Numbered from the stretch's first letter, positions 26,481 through 39,429 are shown. The stretch is DNA of 64,000 nt from Selaginella moellendorffii (GCF_000143415.4 NW_003314295.1:1-64000); one strand, 5' to 3'. Numbers and translations: made by a program. The notes: a model not told the origin generated them from the letters alone.

Positions 26481-26980
26481 CTGTCTCATCACTTTTCTTT
26501 TAGACTACTTCCAGGATTGAGGAGCAATGTAGCGCACGTGGTTTTGACCCTTTATCCTATGGTGATTTACCATAGGATAACACCATGAAGCGGAACCTAA
26601 ACCCTCTTTGTGCCACGTGACAGATGCCACGTGTCACATGCCACGTGTCCATAGGAACCTAAGGTTCAGGGCCTTGGGCCACTGAACAAAGGAACGGTGC
26701 CAAACTCCCAAGCATGGAGCCAAGGAGTGACGGAACCGAACCACAGAGCAACTCCCGAGCATAAAGCCCAAGGAGCGAAGGGACAGGAGCCTGGAGCGAC
26801 TTGGAACAGTCCTAGAGTAACCAACATCCCAATGCTAGGACTAGCACGCAAAACGGAGCCAAACGGAGTCTGGCGCTATTTCGGCATACCGGTGGCCTAA
26901 CGCGAGGACATGGGTACTCCACCAACTAGCATGGAATGGAACTTGGGCTTAGACCCAAGTCGGACGCAGAACAAGGACAG

Positions 26981-27950
26981 TGTAGCGCACTTTATCTCTC
27001 TCCCCTTAAGCCAACTGGAAAAGGGGCAATTGCTTGATGAGAGAGCCCTTAGTGGCTATTTTATCCCCATTTATCCCCCAAGGTTCCAAGGATCTACGGT
27101 GTCCAAGGATCCACAGTGACAGTATATCCAAATCTCATCCCATGATCACATGCGCTACACTCACCCCCCCTTCAGAGATGTCAATGTCCTCATTGACTAT
27201 TGACTAGCAACCCCTACTGAGCCAAGGGGAACCAGCACCTCCATTTCCGCACTCAATCTACCAATCCTTCCATTGTGTAGACCAGCTATTCCATGTGAGG
27301 CAACTAGTCATCCACCCGTACTGCAGTCCCACGGTGGATACCTTCGTCCGTGGATACTCCACATGGCACCTCCATTTCCGCACTCAATCTACCAATCCTT
27401 CCATTGTGTAGACCAACTATTCCATGTGAGGCAACTAGTCATCCACCCGTACTGCAGTCCCACGGTGGATACCTTCGTCCGTGGATACTCCACATGGCAC
27501 CTCCATTTCCGCACTCAATCTACCAATCCTTCCATTGTGTAGACCAGCTATTCCATGTGAGGCAACTAGTCATCCACCCGTACTGCAGTCCCACGGTGGA
27601 TACCTTCGTCCGTGGATACTCCACACAAGAGGAAGGACGTACGCATGGATGCCCAATACGTACGATTTCAAATTTAGGGGTAGGAATATACCTTGCTCAA
27701 GGGTATATTATACTTTTAAGTAGCCACTAATCAATGGGAATCGAACCCGTGCCATTTGCTCCGATACCAACTGTAGCGCACCTTATCTCTCTCCTCTTAA
27801 GCCAACTGGAAAAGGGGCAATTGCTTGATGAGAGAGCCCTTAGTGGCTATTTTATCCCCATTTATCCCCCAAGGTTCCAAGGATCCACGGTGTCCAAGGA
27901 TCCACGGTGACAGTATATCCAAATCTCATCCCATGATCACATGCGCTACA
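26981..27950 (-). mobile_element. TRIM copy 2, complete
   Basis: 179-bp LTRs at 26981-27159 and 27772-27950. TSD GACAG on both sides. PBS and PPT on the minus strand. Three 131-bp internal units. Confidence 0.95.
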
Positions 27951-29042
27951 GACAGGCACACAAGCGGGAGCTAGACTATGCCTCAGGTTGGTCGGCCATG
28001 CCCGACCTACCCACTATCCTTACTATACATTTGGACTAATTGACAAATATGTTTTAATACCCAAAGTCATATTTGTGACACTTCCTTCCCCCCTGAAGTC
28101 ATATTTATAACACTTCCTTCTTTTGTACTAATGTTTTGTATTTATTATTTCCATAATTGGAATGAAGTGTGCAATCTTTGACAACCAATCCACAACCACC
28201 ATTAAAGTGTTATAACCTTTTGACTTTGGGAAACAAATGACAAAGTCAAGTGTAACACTTTAAAATGGCTATACTGGTGTTGGAATGCATTAAAACTTTT
28301 CAATTTGCTTCTCAATTCTTCAATTACATTGCTAGTAGGTAGGGCAAGAATGATCTACTACTAAACTAAAAAAGTCCCTTTTTTACTGAGGCAAGAGCCT
28401 TTTGTGTACCACCATGTCCCATTACCAGAATATCATGATGTTCCCATATAAACAATTATCACAAATCCTTAGATGAAAGATAAAATCTTTCTTACTTATG
28501 TAAATAAGTTTATCTTTAACTAAGAAGTGAAGCCTCACATTGCTGTCTCATCACTTTTCTTTTAGACTACTTCCAGGATTGAGGAGCAATGTAGCGCACG
28601 TGGTTTTGACCCTTTATCCTATGGTGATTTACCATAGGATAACACCATGAAGCGGAACCTAAACCCTCTTTGTGCCACGTGACAGATGCCACGTGTCACA
28701 TGCCACGTGTCCATAGGAACCTAAGGTTCAGGGCCTTGGGCCACTGAACAAAGGAACGGTGCCAAACTCCCAAGCATGGAGCCAAGGAGTGACGGAACCG
28801 AACCACAGAGCAACTCCCGAGCATAAAGCCCAAGGAGCGAAGGGACAGGAGCCTGGAGCGACTTGGAACAGTCCTAGAGTAACCAACATCCCAATGCTAG
28901 GACTAGCACGCAAAACGGAGCCAAACGGAGTCTGGCGCTATTTCGGCATACCGGTGGCCTAACGCGAGGACATGGGTACTCCACCAACTAGCATGGAATG
29001 GAACTTGGGCTTAGACCCAAGTCGGACGCAGAACAAGGACAG

Positions 29043-29995
29043 TGTAGCGCACTTTATCTCTCTCCCCTTAAGCCAACTGGAAAAGGGGCAATTGCTTGAT
29101 GAGAGAGCCCTTAGTGGCTATTTTATCCCCATTTATCCCCCAAGGTTCCAAGGATCCACGGTGTCCAAGGATCCACAGTGACAGTATATCCAAATCTCAT
29201 CCCATGATCACATGCGCTACACTCACCCCCCCTTCAGAGATGTCAATGTCCTCATTGACTATTGACTAGCAACCCCTACTGAGCCAAGGGGAACCAGCAC
29301 CTCCATTTCCGCACTCAATCTACCAATCCTTCCATTGTGTAGACCAGCTATTCCATGTGAGGCAACTAGTCATCCACCCGTACTGCAGTCCCACGGTGGA
29401 TACCTTCGTCCGTGGATACTCCACATGGCACCTCCATTTCCGCACTCAATCTACCAATCCTTCCATTGTGTAGACCAACTATTCCATGTGAGGCAACTAG
29501 TCATCCACCCGTACTGCAGTCCCACGGTGGATACCTTCGTCCGTGGATACTCCACATGGCACCTCCATTTCCGCACTCAATCTACCAATCCTTCCATTGT
29601 GTAGACCAGCTATTCCATGTGAGGCAACTAGTCATCCACCCGTACTGCAGTCCCACGGTGGATACCTTCGTCCGTGGATACTCCACACAAGAGGAAGGAC
29701 GTACGCATGGATGCCCAATACGTACGATTTCAAATTTAGGGGTAGGAATATACCTTGCTCAAGGGTATATTATACTTTTAAGTAGCCACTAATCAATGGG
29801 AATCGAACCCGTGCCATTTGCTCCGATACCAACTGTAGCGCACCTTATCTCTCTCCTCTTAAGCCAACTGGAAAAGGGGCAATTGCTTGATGAGAGAGCC
29901 CTTAGTGGCTATTTTATCCCCATTTATCCCCCAAGGTTCCAAGGATCCACGGTGACAGTATATCCAAATCTCATCCCATGATCACATGCGCTACA
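29043..29995 (-). mobile_element. TRIM copy 3 (duplicate of copy 2 within the tandem duplication)
   Basis: Same TSD GACAG. LTRs at 29043-29221 and 29834-29995, the latter lacking a 17-bp repeat. Confidence 0.95.
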
Positions 29996-32900
29996 GACAG
30001 GCACACAAGCGGGAGCTAGACTATGCCTCAGGTTGGTCGGCCATGCCCGACCTACCCACTATCCTTACTATACATTTGGAACCCCCCACAGCCCCCCCCC
30101 CCCCCCCCCCCCTTGAGGAACACACGCTTTGGGCTTTCACCCCAAGCCTCCCTTAGTATCAGGAGTTAGTCTCTGGGACAAGCTCGAAACTTACTAAATA
30201 TGGAATGTCCCTAGATTGTGAATTTGGACATGGGACGAACACCATTGTGTTCAGGACGATCTCTACATTCCGTAAATATGCCAAATGAGCAAATCTGGAC
30301 ACTTTCCATAAATAGCATTTGGGACCGATATGAGACTAACACAAAGGGCATGATAGCGAGGGTGTTTGGCAGACACGGTAAGCTATCATCTAGCGATATT
30401 GAGGGACCAAGCTCAATATCGCGAGGGTTCCCAACACTAGCAAGTGCAAGTCAACGAATGAGTTTCTCTAACCAGGTCAAGTATGCTTGACAAATAGCAC
30501 GTAGGAATTCCGTCCTTATGCCCATCTGGTCAAGTGCACACGTGAAGACCAGTTTCTCAACTAGCTTAGGCGGAGACTAATAACGGGCCCAGCAATACCG
30601 ACCTCCTGCCATCGTGGCAGTAAGGTAAGAGTGTCCGTAAGGACTGGTCGACAGGTAACTTTCGATACCCGAAGTCACATGCGCGACAAGCAAGATGTTG
30701 TGTTTCCCTTGTCTCAAGGATTGATATAGAGAGAATGAGGGTTCATGTTGCTTACTTCTAACTCATACATAGACTTTGAGTTCTAGCAAGTCCTTTTAGT
30801 GAAAGGTGAGAGCTTGTTGGTTTTCTTTTTCATGACTGAACAAAGTTTTATGAACTTTACAACTTGTATAGTAATTCTCCCTCCATATCCCCTTTTTTTT
30901 TTGGCCCTCATTTTTCTTTCTTTCTTTATTTTTTGCTTGATTATGCTCATACATACTATCAAATTTACAATTCTACTTTCCATGGTGTCTTTTCTCCTCA
31001 TTTACATCAATATCTAGCCTTTGTCCATGTTTCTTTCTGGATCCTTTGCCACTTAGTTCTTTGCTTTTTCATGCTAATAAATGTCCACAACTTGTTCAAT
31101 GTTGGTGTTCTTCCCTCATTGTCATGCTTGACCTTCTTTGTCCATTTCTAAGCTTGATCTAATTTTTTTTTTTAATTCATACTCACTTGGCATTCTTGTA
31201 AAATTGCCTTTAACCTCTTTGGTTTTTAGAGCTAGCCAACTATAGAGAAAAGTGTAAGTATGAAAGAGAAAGCTTTCAAAAGCTTTAGAAGTTGGGAAGC
31301 ATACTTTTTCTCATGACTTGTGCTCCAGATCTGCAATTTTTCACCTTTTTTCTCGTAGTCACTCTTGTTGAGGAGATTAGACACTCAAGTCCACTCACTC
31401 CATCATTCAGATCTTGAATGGCTCTTTTGAATCTTAAACTCATCCCTGTAGTGGGTGATATGGTAGAGTGCCCTCAGCTCTAACCACAACTCCACCTTAG
31501 CTCTAAATCGTCTGATCAACAACGGAGGTGGAAGCTATGAAGACTCACTTTGCTATTATTGTCCAGGAAACTCTTGGGATCGAGAGAGTGGAGGAGAAGC
31601 TTCTTCTAGCCAAGCAGCCTTCTACACCTTTTTAGTAGCTTTGTTGAGATTTGAGCTCCTAATTTGTGTGGTGCCCACTTCTTCTTGTTGTAGACCTTTG
31701 CTGCCCACTTCTTCTCATTGGACATGGCTGCTCTCCAATTCTTCTTGAACACTATTTTGTAAAGTATATAGAGATCAGAGATAAGATCCATTTCCAAGTC
31801 CACTTCTAACTATGTTAACTAGACTTGCAACTCGAACGGCAGTGGATCTAATAAAAGTTTTGCATCCCTCCTTAGGGCCTTTTGCAAGCTCCATGATTTT
31901 GTTCTTCTTCTTTGCACCAACCAAGATTGGATACAGGTGCTAGAAGCAAGATCTCTTGGTCATGTTCTTCACCACTTCTCTTGCCACTAGAAGATTTTGC
32001 TATTGGATTGGCACTATGATAATTTTCTCTTTGCTGCTTGGGTGATCATAATCATATTGGACTTGTCTTGCCATCATTGTTGCAGCCACAACTCATGGTC
32101 CTTCCTTCTTGCTTAGCTGATCATGGTGCCGAGGATTCTATCCACTCCCAGGAAGTGTCACCTTTGCTTCTTCCTTGTTTGGCTGAAGTGTGACATTGGA
32201 CAAAAGGCTCTTCAACCTTGGACATAGCTTATTGTTGACCACCGACGCCTCTGAATCTGCAATTTCAGTGGTATCCTTCTTTTTCCTTGTGACCAGGGCA
32301 GGCAAGCAGTCAAAGAACATGTTTTTCACCTTGTTACCTTGCTCCTTGATGGTTGTGCCTTGAAACCTCATTGTTGAACCCTATTCATCTTTAAAAAATT
32401 CATTGTATAATGAAGGATAAAACAAATCTTAATAGCAACTTAGTTGCATGTGCTTTAGGTTACAAGGCAATAATGAGGTAGTATGAGCTATAGCTGGCTT
32501 CAAGTTCCACTGTTAGCTGTAGTTCATCCCTTGGAGTTGAGAGCTCTATAACATGTTGAGCTCATGAATTGCAAGTGGTTCTAAAAGTATAGTAGGGAGA
32601 GTGTGGGGGTTGGACTCCAATAGAACCAGTTTGGCCAGGAAAGGCTAGTGTGACTTAGGAAAGCTATACTCATATGTCAGGTGATAATATAACCACTAAG
32701 GAGTCCAAGGTGAGAGTGAATACAGACGAACAAGCAGGGTAGCTTGGTGAAGTATTCAAAAGAGTTGATTCTAGCTCCCTCAGGAGATCAAATGGTCAAT
32801 GCTTCTAATTTAAATGTGGGTGGCACTACCTACTTGGATACTTGGTGTGGCTCATTGGAACTTCGCTCAAAGGTAGAAGGTGGGGAAAGTACCCATAAGG

Positions 32901-33036
32901 CTTGTATAAGGCCATGATGTTTTGAAATATCATCCCAAAGTTTTAGACTATGGAAAGGAAGAAGAGTAGTTGTGACCAAGGATACAGTCATGTGGTGAGG
33001 AAGTCCAAATGTCAATGAGACTTAGTGGTTGGGCCC

Positions 33037-34460
33037 ATAGTTACGAACACGAACACGGAATATGAACATGAGTGTTAGATTTCAAAAACCCGACCACAGA
33101 ACATGATCACGACTCACGATGGCTCACAAATATTCTAGTGAATATTCTAAGAGTATTCTATTTTTTAATTCTAGGAATATGCTACTTTTGATTATATATA
33201 AACAACTCAAACATCCTACAAATCATCATTATCTTCAACCTCACAATCTTCAACATCATCTCCATATTCCTCTTCCTCTTCTGACTCAAGCTTGTCTTCC
33301 GGATGAGGAACTGTCTCTAGTACTTTGTAGCTCACAAACTTGTTATAGTCATGGTCATTTTTGTAGGTGAAAACCAAATCTATTGTCCTGTCCACAGTAA
33401 GTCTGTTCCTCTTCTTTGAAAACACATGCTTGAAAGTGTTAAACAATCTCTCTACCAAGGATGATGAGCATGCCTGACTTAGAACTTGAATGGCCAACTT
33501 CTGAAGAGCTGAAATTTCATAACCATAATCCTCCCACCAACGTACAACTCCCTTCTTAGTGCAATTAACCTTAGCATCAATCAAGTTGAAAATGCCTCCT
33601 ATCCTTCTATAAATTAAGAGTTCATCCCATATCACATCCCTCTCATTGGATGTGAACATGCCAACAAATAAGCATTTCAATCTTTCATGACTTCTTTGTT
33701 GAAATGCTTTTCGGGTCTACTATATATGCCACGGAGTGCATGAGTGAGTGATATTTATGCCACTGGTTAGACATAATTTGATGAAGTTCCATGTACCTGC
33801 CATAATCTAACTATCCTTCCTCTAAACTTGCATTCAATTTGTTCATACACTTATATAGTTTTCCAATCATAAGTATACCATTGTCCACAAGATGAAGTAG
33901 TAGCATAACATCTTTGGACACCTCTAATATATCCTTAACTTGTTCCCAAAAATGGCCATAAAAAATGGTTTCATAATTGTCTTTGCTTGCTCTTGTCTTT
34001 GACTCAAACCTTCCTTTGCATACAGGGCATATAAACATCTGTTGTAGAGCTTCCCGAAGCTTCACTAGCCTCTCCATCATAATGAAGTTGTAGCCAAACC
34101 TCATATCACAATAGCATAGCATTCGTTTGTGAGTAAACTCTACTAGCAGTGCCACCATATGAAAGTGGTTCCTGACAAAGCTCACCAAAGCCTTCCCTCT
34201 CTCCAGAAGTGTTACCATCTATGAAAGTTCACCAAAGTCATTTAAGGCATTGTTCAAGAAATGGACAAAACATGTTGCCCATTGAATCTTTGGGTACTCT
34301 ATTTCAAAATTGCTACTGTTGTTTTGTTCACATTTTCCCCATTTGTTACAACCATAACAATGTTCTCTGCACCCACAATGCTAATGCCTTCTTTCCAGCA
34401 ATGCAAAGTTATCTCAGCTATTTTTCCTATTGAGGAAATATTGATAACCTTCAGAAAAGC
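33037..34460 (-). mobile_element. hAT-family transposase remnant (DUF659/dimerisation-domain type)
   Basis: 33216-33680 encodes WWEDYG...LQKLAIQVLSQACSSS.VERLFNTFKHVFSKKRNRL (hAT C-terminal dimerisation motif). 33811-34218 has .MRF..NFIMMERL. Frames are broken. Confidence 0.85.
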
Positions 34461-34674
34461 TACCTATCCTTAACTATATACTAGATATGCTTGGGTTTAT
34501 GGTTTAGACAATGCAAAAATTAAATTTAAACCAAAATCCTAAAAGGAAAGAAAAAAAAAAGGAAATGGAAAAAGCTAGATTTAAATGATACAAAAGTTAG
34601 ATCCAAGCAATCCAAGCACTCTTTAGGGATACTCAAAGGTACCCCTTATCTCCACCAATACGAGTGCATGAAAT

Positions 34675-34785
34675 ATATATAGAAAATGTGCATATCAATT
34701 AGCCCAAAAACCCTAGTTTATATATAGAAGCGAGTGGTCTAGATTAAAATTAATTTGATGGTTACCAAAATCCCACTTAGTATAC
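34675..34785. repeat. Dispersed repeat end, copy B (inverted relative to 1903-2020)
   Basis: Reverse-complement match to 1903-2020. Confidence 0.6.
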
Positions 34786-35033
34786 GGCATCATAATTGTA
34801 CATTTGGACCTCACAATTGCAATTATAAAATCTCATATTTAGTATTATTTATTTATACAAGTAAAATACTTACCATATATATATCATTGGTAAATAGTAG
34901 TTTTCTTCCTTTTAAATATCCAATAGAAATATTGTGCAATCCTGAAAATAGAATATAATAAATATAAAGTTAATAAAAATTATTTTAAATTTATGATATA
35001 TATTATTTTTATTACCTTTGAACTTCATCTATA

Positions 35034-35490
35034 GGTTGGATTGTGGGCTGTCAGTGTAACCAAGTGCAACAGTCAGTTCATCAGTAAAGTAGATTGTTGA
35101 TCTAAAATATTAAAATATTAAAATAATAATAATAATAATAAAATTTATCCAAATGAGATTTTCTCAATCTTTGGTTGTACATAATCGATTTGAGGCAGAA
35201 TAATTCTGTCTTGTACCATAAATCAATTGTCTTTGAGTTACCTTTGTCGAGATCATGACAGGAACATCTTATATTCTCTCCTTAAACAAAGGTAATTTGA
35301 AGGCAATTTCTTTATAGCAATCCTGCATCAAATTGATCATTCACAATTAAGGATTTTGTAATTTTTTCTACATTTTTATGTTTTAGATCAACAATCTACT
35401 TTACCAATGGATTAACTACTGCCTAAATGAACCCAAATGTTGCTAGTGACACTATATCCTTAGGTTCGCCCATTAATTTGATCCAACCAT
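35034..35490. mobile_element. Foldback/MITE-like element with long imperfect inverted repeats
   Basis: Perfect 24-bp inverted pair at 35084-35107 and 35381-35404, with imperfect pairing continuing inward and outward. Outer limits are approximate. Confidence 0.7.
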
Positions 35491-36842
35491 TGGCAGCCAT
35501 CGGATCGAGTCAGGTTCTCTGCTAGAACGTGGATGACAGCTGCCAGGTTCTGGAGAACCAGGCTACCAGTTGCCAATTCTAGAGAACCCTCTCATCCTTC
35601 TGGAACATTCTTCCATGTGTCTGTTAACAGTCTTGCCACAGCTTGTTAAGGCCATTCCACGAGCATGAGCTCGCTCGTTCCCTCCAAAATGCGCTCGCCA
35701 GGCTAATGCCTAGCTCGCCCGTTCTGAGCGGGAACATGCTCACCCTACCCAAGAACTCTTCCAAAACTCATGATCTATAGCAACCTGGCATCCCACCTTG
35801 GCATACCCTAACTTTTAGGGGTTTTTCAATTCATAAAGGTAAAGTTCTGGCACCGAGGGTGTGTTGCATCAAGAGCAATCCATCCAGTTCCAGTGGATAA
35901 CTCCAGAGATTTTTTGGATATTCACAGGTTGGTTATTCAAGTTGTGCTTTAGTTTATTTGTGGGCGGCTGATCTTCCATAGTACTGTTGGTCTTCGGTCT
36001 TTCCAAGTTCTTCAGGAACTTTTGCATTGCCAGCTACAACATCTGCCATGCTAGAAGCCTGAAGTTCCTTGTCCAAAGGAACTAGATCTTCGTTGTCCAG
36101 AACCACACCAGGATTCTCTCGCGTCCACCGAGCACAGTCGCCAACCAGAGCTTTGAAATCTTGACAGCCAGAGCTCTCACATCGCCATCCCCAGCAACGT
36201 CCACACCAGCAGCCTTGTACCCGGAAGAACTGGAAACCCAAGGAGCATGAGCTTCTTCTCGGCACCAGAGCAGTGACGTTCCATAGATCTGCCACGCAAC
36301 CAATAAATGGAGCAGCGATCTTTGGTGGAGCAGTACCATCACCTTGTGCCCTCCGAGAATGATCTTCCCAGTTCTTCCAGAGCTGCCGCGGATGATGGAT
36401 TGTACTTGGAAACAAATGCCGGGCATTTGTCCTGACGAGCGAGAAAGCTTGTGACCAGGCCGGCAATGCAGACTGGCCCTTGTCGCTATTGACAACCACG
36501 GTCGCGAAGTTGAAGATCCTTTCATCGGCATCAACCTGGCTGCGGTAGAAATTTCCAGCGACTGGAGCATCGCATTCCCCTTGAGCTCCATCGCAGGCTT
36601 ACCCTAAGCTTGAAAATCTGGAAATACTTTCCTGCCTCTGCCGCCACTGTGCCGGTAGCTCTCAGCAAAGACGCAGCTGAGAATCCACGGCGATGCAACA
36701 TTTCCCTCGCGAAATCTGGCGCTGGAAGACGATATTTCATCGAAGAAGAAAGCGTTACCGCCTTCTGCCAATTTGCTCCAGGGAAGAAAGATCCACACGC
36801 TCATCCTCGAGCGCGGCTTCGAGGATCTCCACCTCCACAATC

Positions 36843-36952
36843 TCATGCGGTAGCGTCCACGACTACTCGTGGCATTTGCCCAGAATGGGTATCTGGAGGA
36901 GGGCAAAGGGGCATTCGATCGAATGCCACAGAGCGACGTTGTGGCGTTCCAG
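36843..36952 (+). pseudogene. Isolated PPR gene fragment
   Basis: CGSVHD / LVAFAQNGYLEEGKGAFDRMPQSDVVA, about one repeat long. Confidence 0.65.
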
Positions 36953-37774
36953 GCCAGGCAGTTCCTCATGCCCAGAACAAAAGCATCCAGCTTTGCCTCT
37001 GCGGGATCTCGTGGAGGTAAAGGCTTTCGCGTTGAATCCTTGTTGACTGACCGTGCGTTGACTAGGTGTATGGCGGCAACAGGAAAGAGAGGATTGCAAT
37101 CGAGAACCAGTGTTAAGTGTTAGAGAAATCCTTTCCAAGAGAGTGTCTTTGCCTGTGAGAGCTTTTGGAACAGGAGGTCTTGATTCTTGCAGGATCGCAC
37201 GACTGGATCTTGGATCTCGTCAAGCGGCTGAAAGCATGAGTGATTGATTGATTGCCAGTCGAGCGTCTCTTTCCTTACAGTTCTTGGATCTCACTTGCGC
37301 TTCTTTCCAGATTCTTCAAAGTACGTCAAGTGCTTGATCCCTTCGTTCATAAAACTTTGCCCTGAAATATTTTGATGATTATTGCTGCGCTCTACTAGCG
37401 CAGCGCGAGGATGGGTCTTCTCTCTGGTGGTAGGATATCTGGTCAAAAATACCCATCGCGAGCAGTTCCGCATCGGCCTTTGGAGCGGTGAGAGCGATTC
37501 TTTCTTCCCGATCCTTTCGCTCTAAAGCTTTGGTTGCCAGGCGTGGCGCTGCTGGAGAATGCCGAGCTTTCGATTACTTGCAGCTCCCCTCCGCCATCAA
37601 GCAAGGTAGCGTTTGATTCTTCGTCGTGGACGATCACTCTGAAAATTTTGCCCAGGCTTTGTTGGGAGCCTATTCTTATTGCTTTGGAAGATGCTTCTCC
37701 TCGTGATGAATCGGAGGTTATGTATGGTAGAACTATTTCTCTTTTGGAAGTCTAAAGGGTGGCTTTGCTTCCAG

Positions 37775-39308
37775 TGGAGTGCTCCTCCTGGCTCACGGAG
37801 AGCGTTGACAAGGATTCCTCGGAGAAGACACTCAGCGCCTGGAAGAAGCTCTCCACCCGCTCCAAGGCATCCAGGAAGCTCCTCCTGAGCTCGTCGGACT
37901 CTGCGGTGGCCCGCACGGTGTCCTCGCTGCCTGCGAGCCATGCTGTGAAGATGACGAGCGCCGGGAGCATGGTTGGATCGCCGATCGCCGCCAGCGTGCG
38001 CACGACTTTGAATGCGCACGCCAGAGTCTCATGCAGCGAGCTCCTTGGCGAAGAAGTCTTGCAGACGAGGCCGAGATGGAAGTCTTCGATGGATCACGAT
38101 CTGTATTCCCAGGAAAGCTTTTCCCCTGCTTGGCTCTGCTGGATCGCAAACTTTAGCGGGAGTTCCCACCGATCGCTCGAGTTCGTTCAGAGTGCCATCC
38201 AGCACCTTCTGCAAATCGTCGAAACTGCAAGTGTATCAAAACCATTTGCATGTCTCAAGATAGTGCACTCACCCAGTTTTCAGGAGTAAGATCTCGAAGA
38301 ACCTCAAGAGATTGTCAAAGTTGGACGATCCTTGGCTGGCTTCAGCGATGGCATCCGACTGAAAAATCCCCATCAACTTATCTCATCATGCTCAATAAAA
38401 TGGATACCTTACTCTCCAGAAGAAGTAGAAGGTTGCTGTGGCTCGTTGGAGACGGCATCTTCACAAACAAGCTCCTCAGATAGTGATACACAGCACGAAC
38501 TCTATCTCCCGCATGGGTCGCCAGGATCGCCAGCTAGAGATCAAACACTTAGAACCGAAAGAACGAACAGAAAAACAATCGAGATCCTCGCACCTGTCCA
38601 TGTGCTCCACCTTCAAAGCCTCGAGGCGTAGTCCTCTGCGGTGGAATAGTTCCTCTTGCCAAGGCTCACTCCATACACCTCCCTGTAGTGAGCCAAGTCC
38701 CCGAGGCGCAGTAGCAGCCGGTGACAAGTCTCGCGGAACTCTCTCACCTCGCTCTCGTCCAAGCTCTTGTCACAGCTATCCGAGACGATCCCACCGAGGC
38801 CATGCCTCATTCTCACCCTGGAAACAAGCTCCGAGTAGAAGTTGGAGCTGCTGGCTATGAAGTCGATCAAAGGCGCCACCACATTCTTGAGCGTCTTCTT
38901 GCCGACGCGGTCGCTCTTTTGCGTGATCTTGGCGTGGTGGGCTTTCCAGAGCGCCTTCTCGATCTCGGGGCTGAGAGAAGGAGGCCGTAGCCATCGTCCC
39001 GGAGCGCGTGGACCTCTTTGAGATCCGCGTCTTTGCTCTCGAGCTTGGCTTTGAGATCTCTCTCGGCCTGGCTGAGCAAAGTGAGCAAAGAAGATTTGCG
39101 GCAGCGATAGATAGATACCTGGGAGGAGTTGATGCGGCAGTGCTTGGAATGCCGGCCTCGCTGGGTGGTTTCTTGCGTGTGCAGTTTCTACAGAAATCTC
39201 TCACTCATTTGAAAAATAGAAAGAGCGAAACACACACCTATCACCTTTTTGCCAGTCCACCACGACTTGTTCCTCTTGCAGCATCACAGCTATTTTGTCA
39301 AATGCCAT
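37775..39308 (-). pseudogene. SMG7/EST1-like pseudogene, paralog of 13566-16004
   Basis: Highly similar in exons and introns to 13590-15135. It carries frameshifting deletions and insertions and is truncated after ...VSQEEH. Confidence 0.92.
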
Positions 39309-39429
39309 TTAGGGTTTTTTTGGTCTTTAGTTCAGCGCCATTGTGTAAGTTGCCGAGACGATGCCTCTTCGAGCTCCAACCCGACACAAGGATATAATCC
39401 CAACAGCCCTAAGGGCCGACAGAAGCGCT

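Larger units (their letters stand above)
25971..30080. repeat. Near-identical tandem duplication, period 2062 bp
   Basis: 25971-28035 is repeated at 28033-30080. The junction has GGA microhomology. The copies differ by a few SNPs and one 17-bp indel. Confidence 0.95.
26528..30688 (-). mobile_element. Solo LTR (~1.14 kb) of the Gypsy family, carrying a nested TRIM and partly duplicated
   Basis: Termini TGTAGCGCAC (26528, duplicated at 28590) and GCGCGACA (30688). 5-bp TSD AGCAA at 26523-26527 and 30689-30693. Homologous to the LTRs of the 3.3-11.2 kb element. Confidence 0.92.

Noticed and set aside
27230-27625. Repeat array as a CRISPR-like locus
   Set aside because: The units are contiguous near-identical 131-mers without unique spacers, inside a eukaryotic TRIM.
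30690-33030. Probable old retroelement debris
   Set aside because: No diagnostic motif or terminus could be supported.
33037-34480. hAT terminal inverted repeats (CATAGTTA...TAACTATA)
   Set aside because: The match is short and there is no 8-bp TSD.
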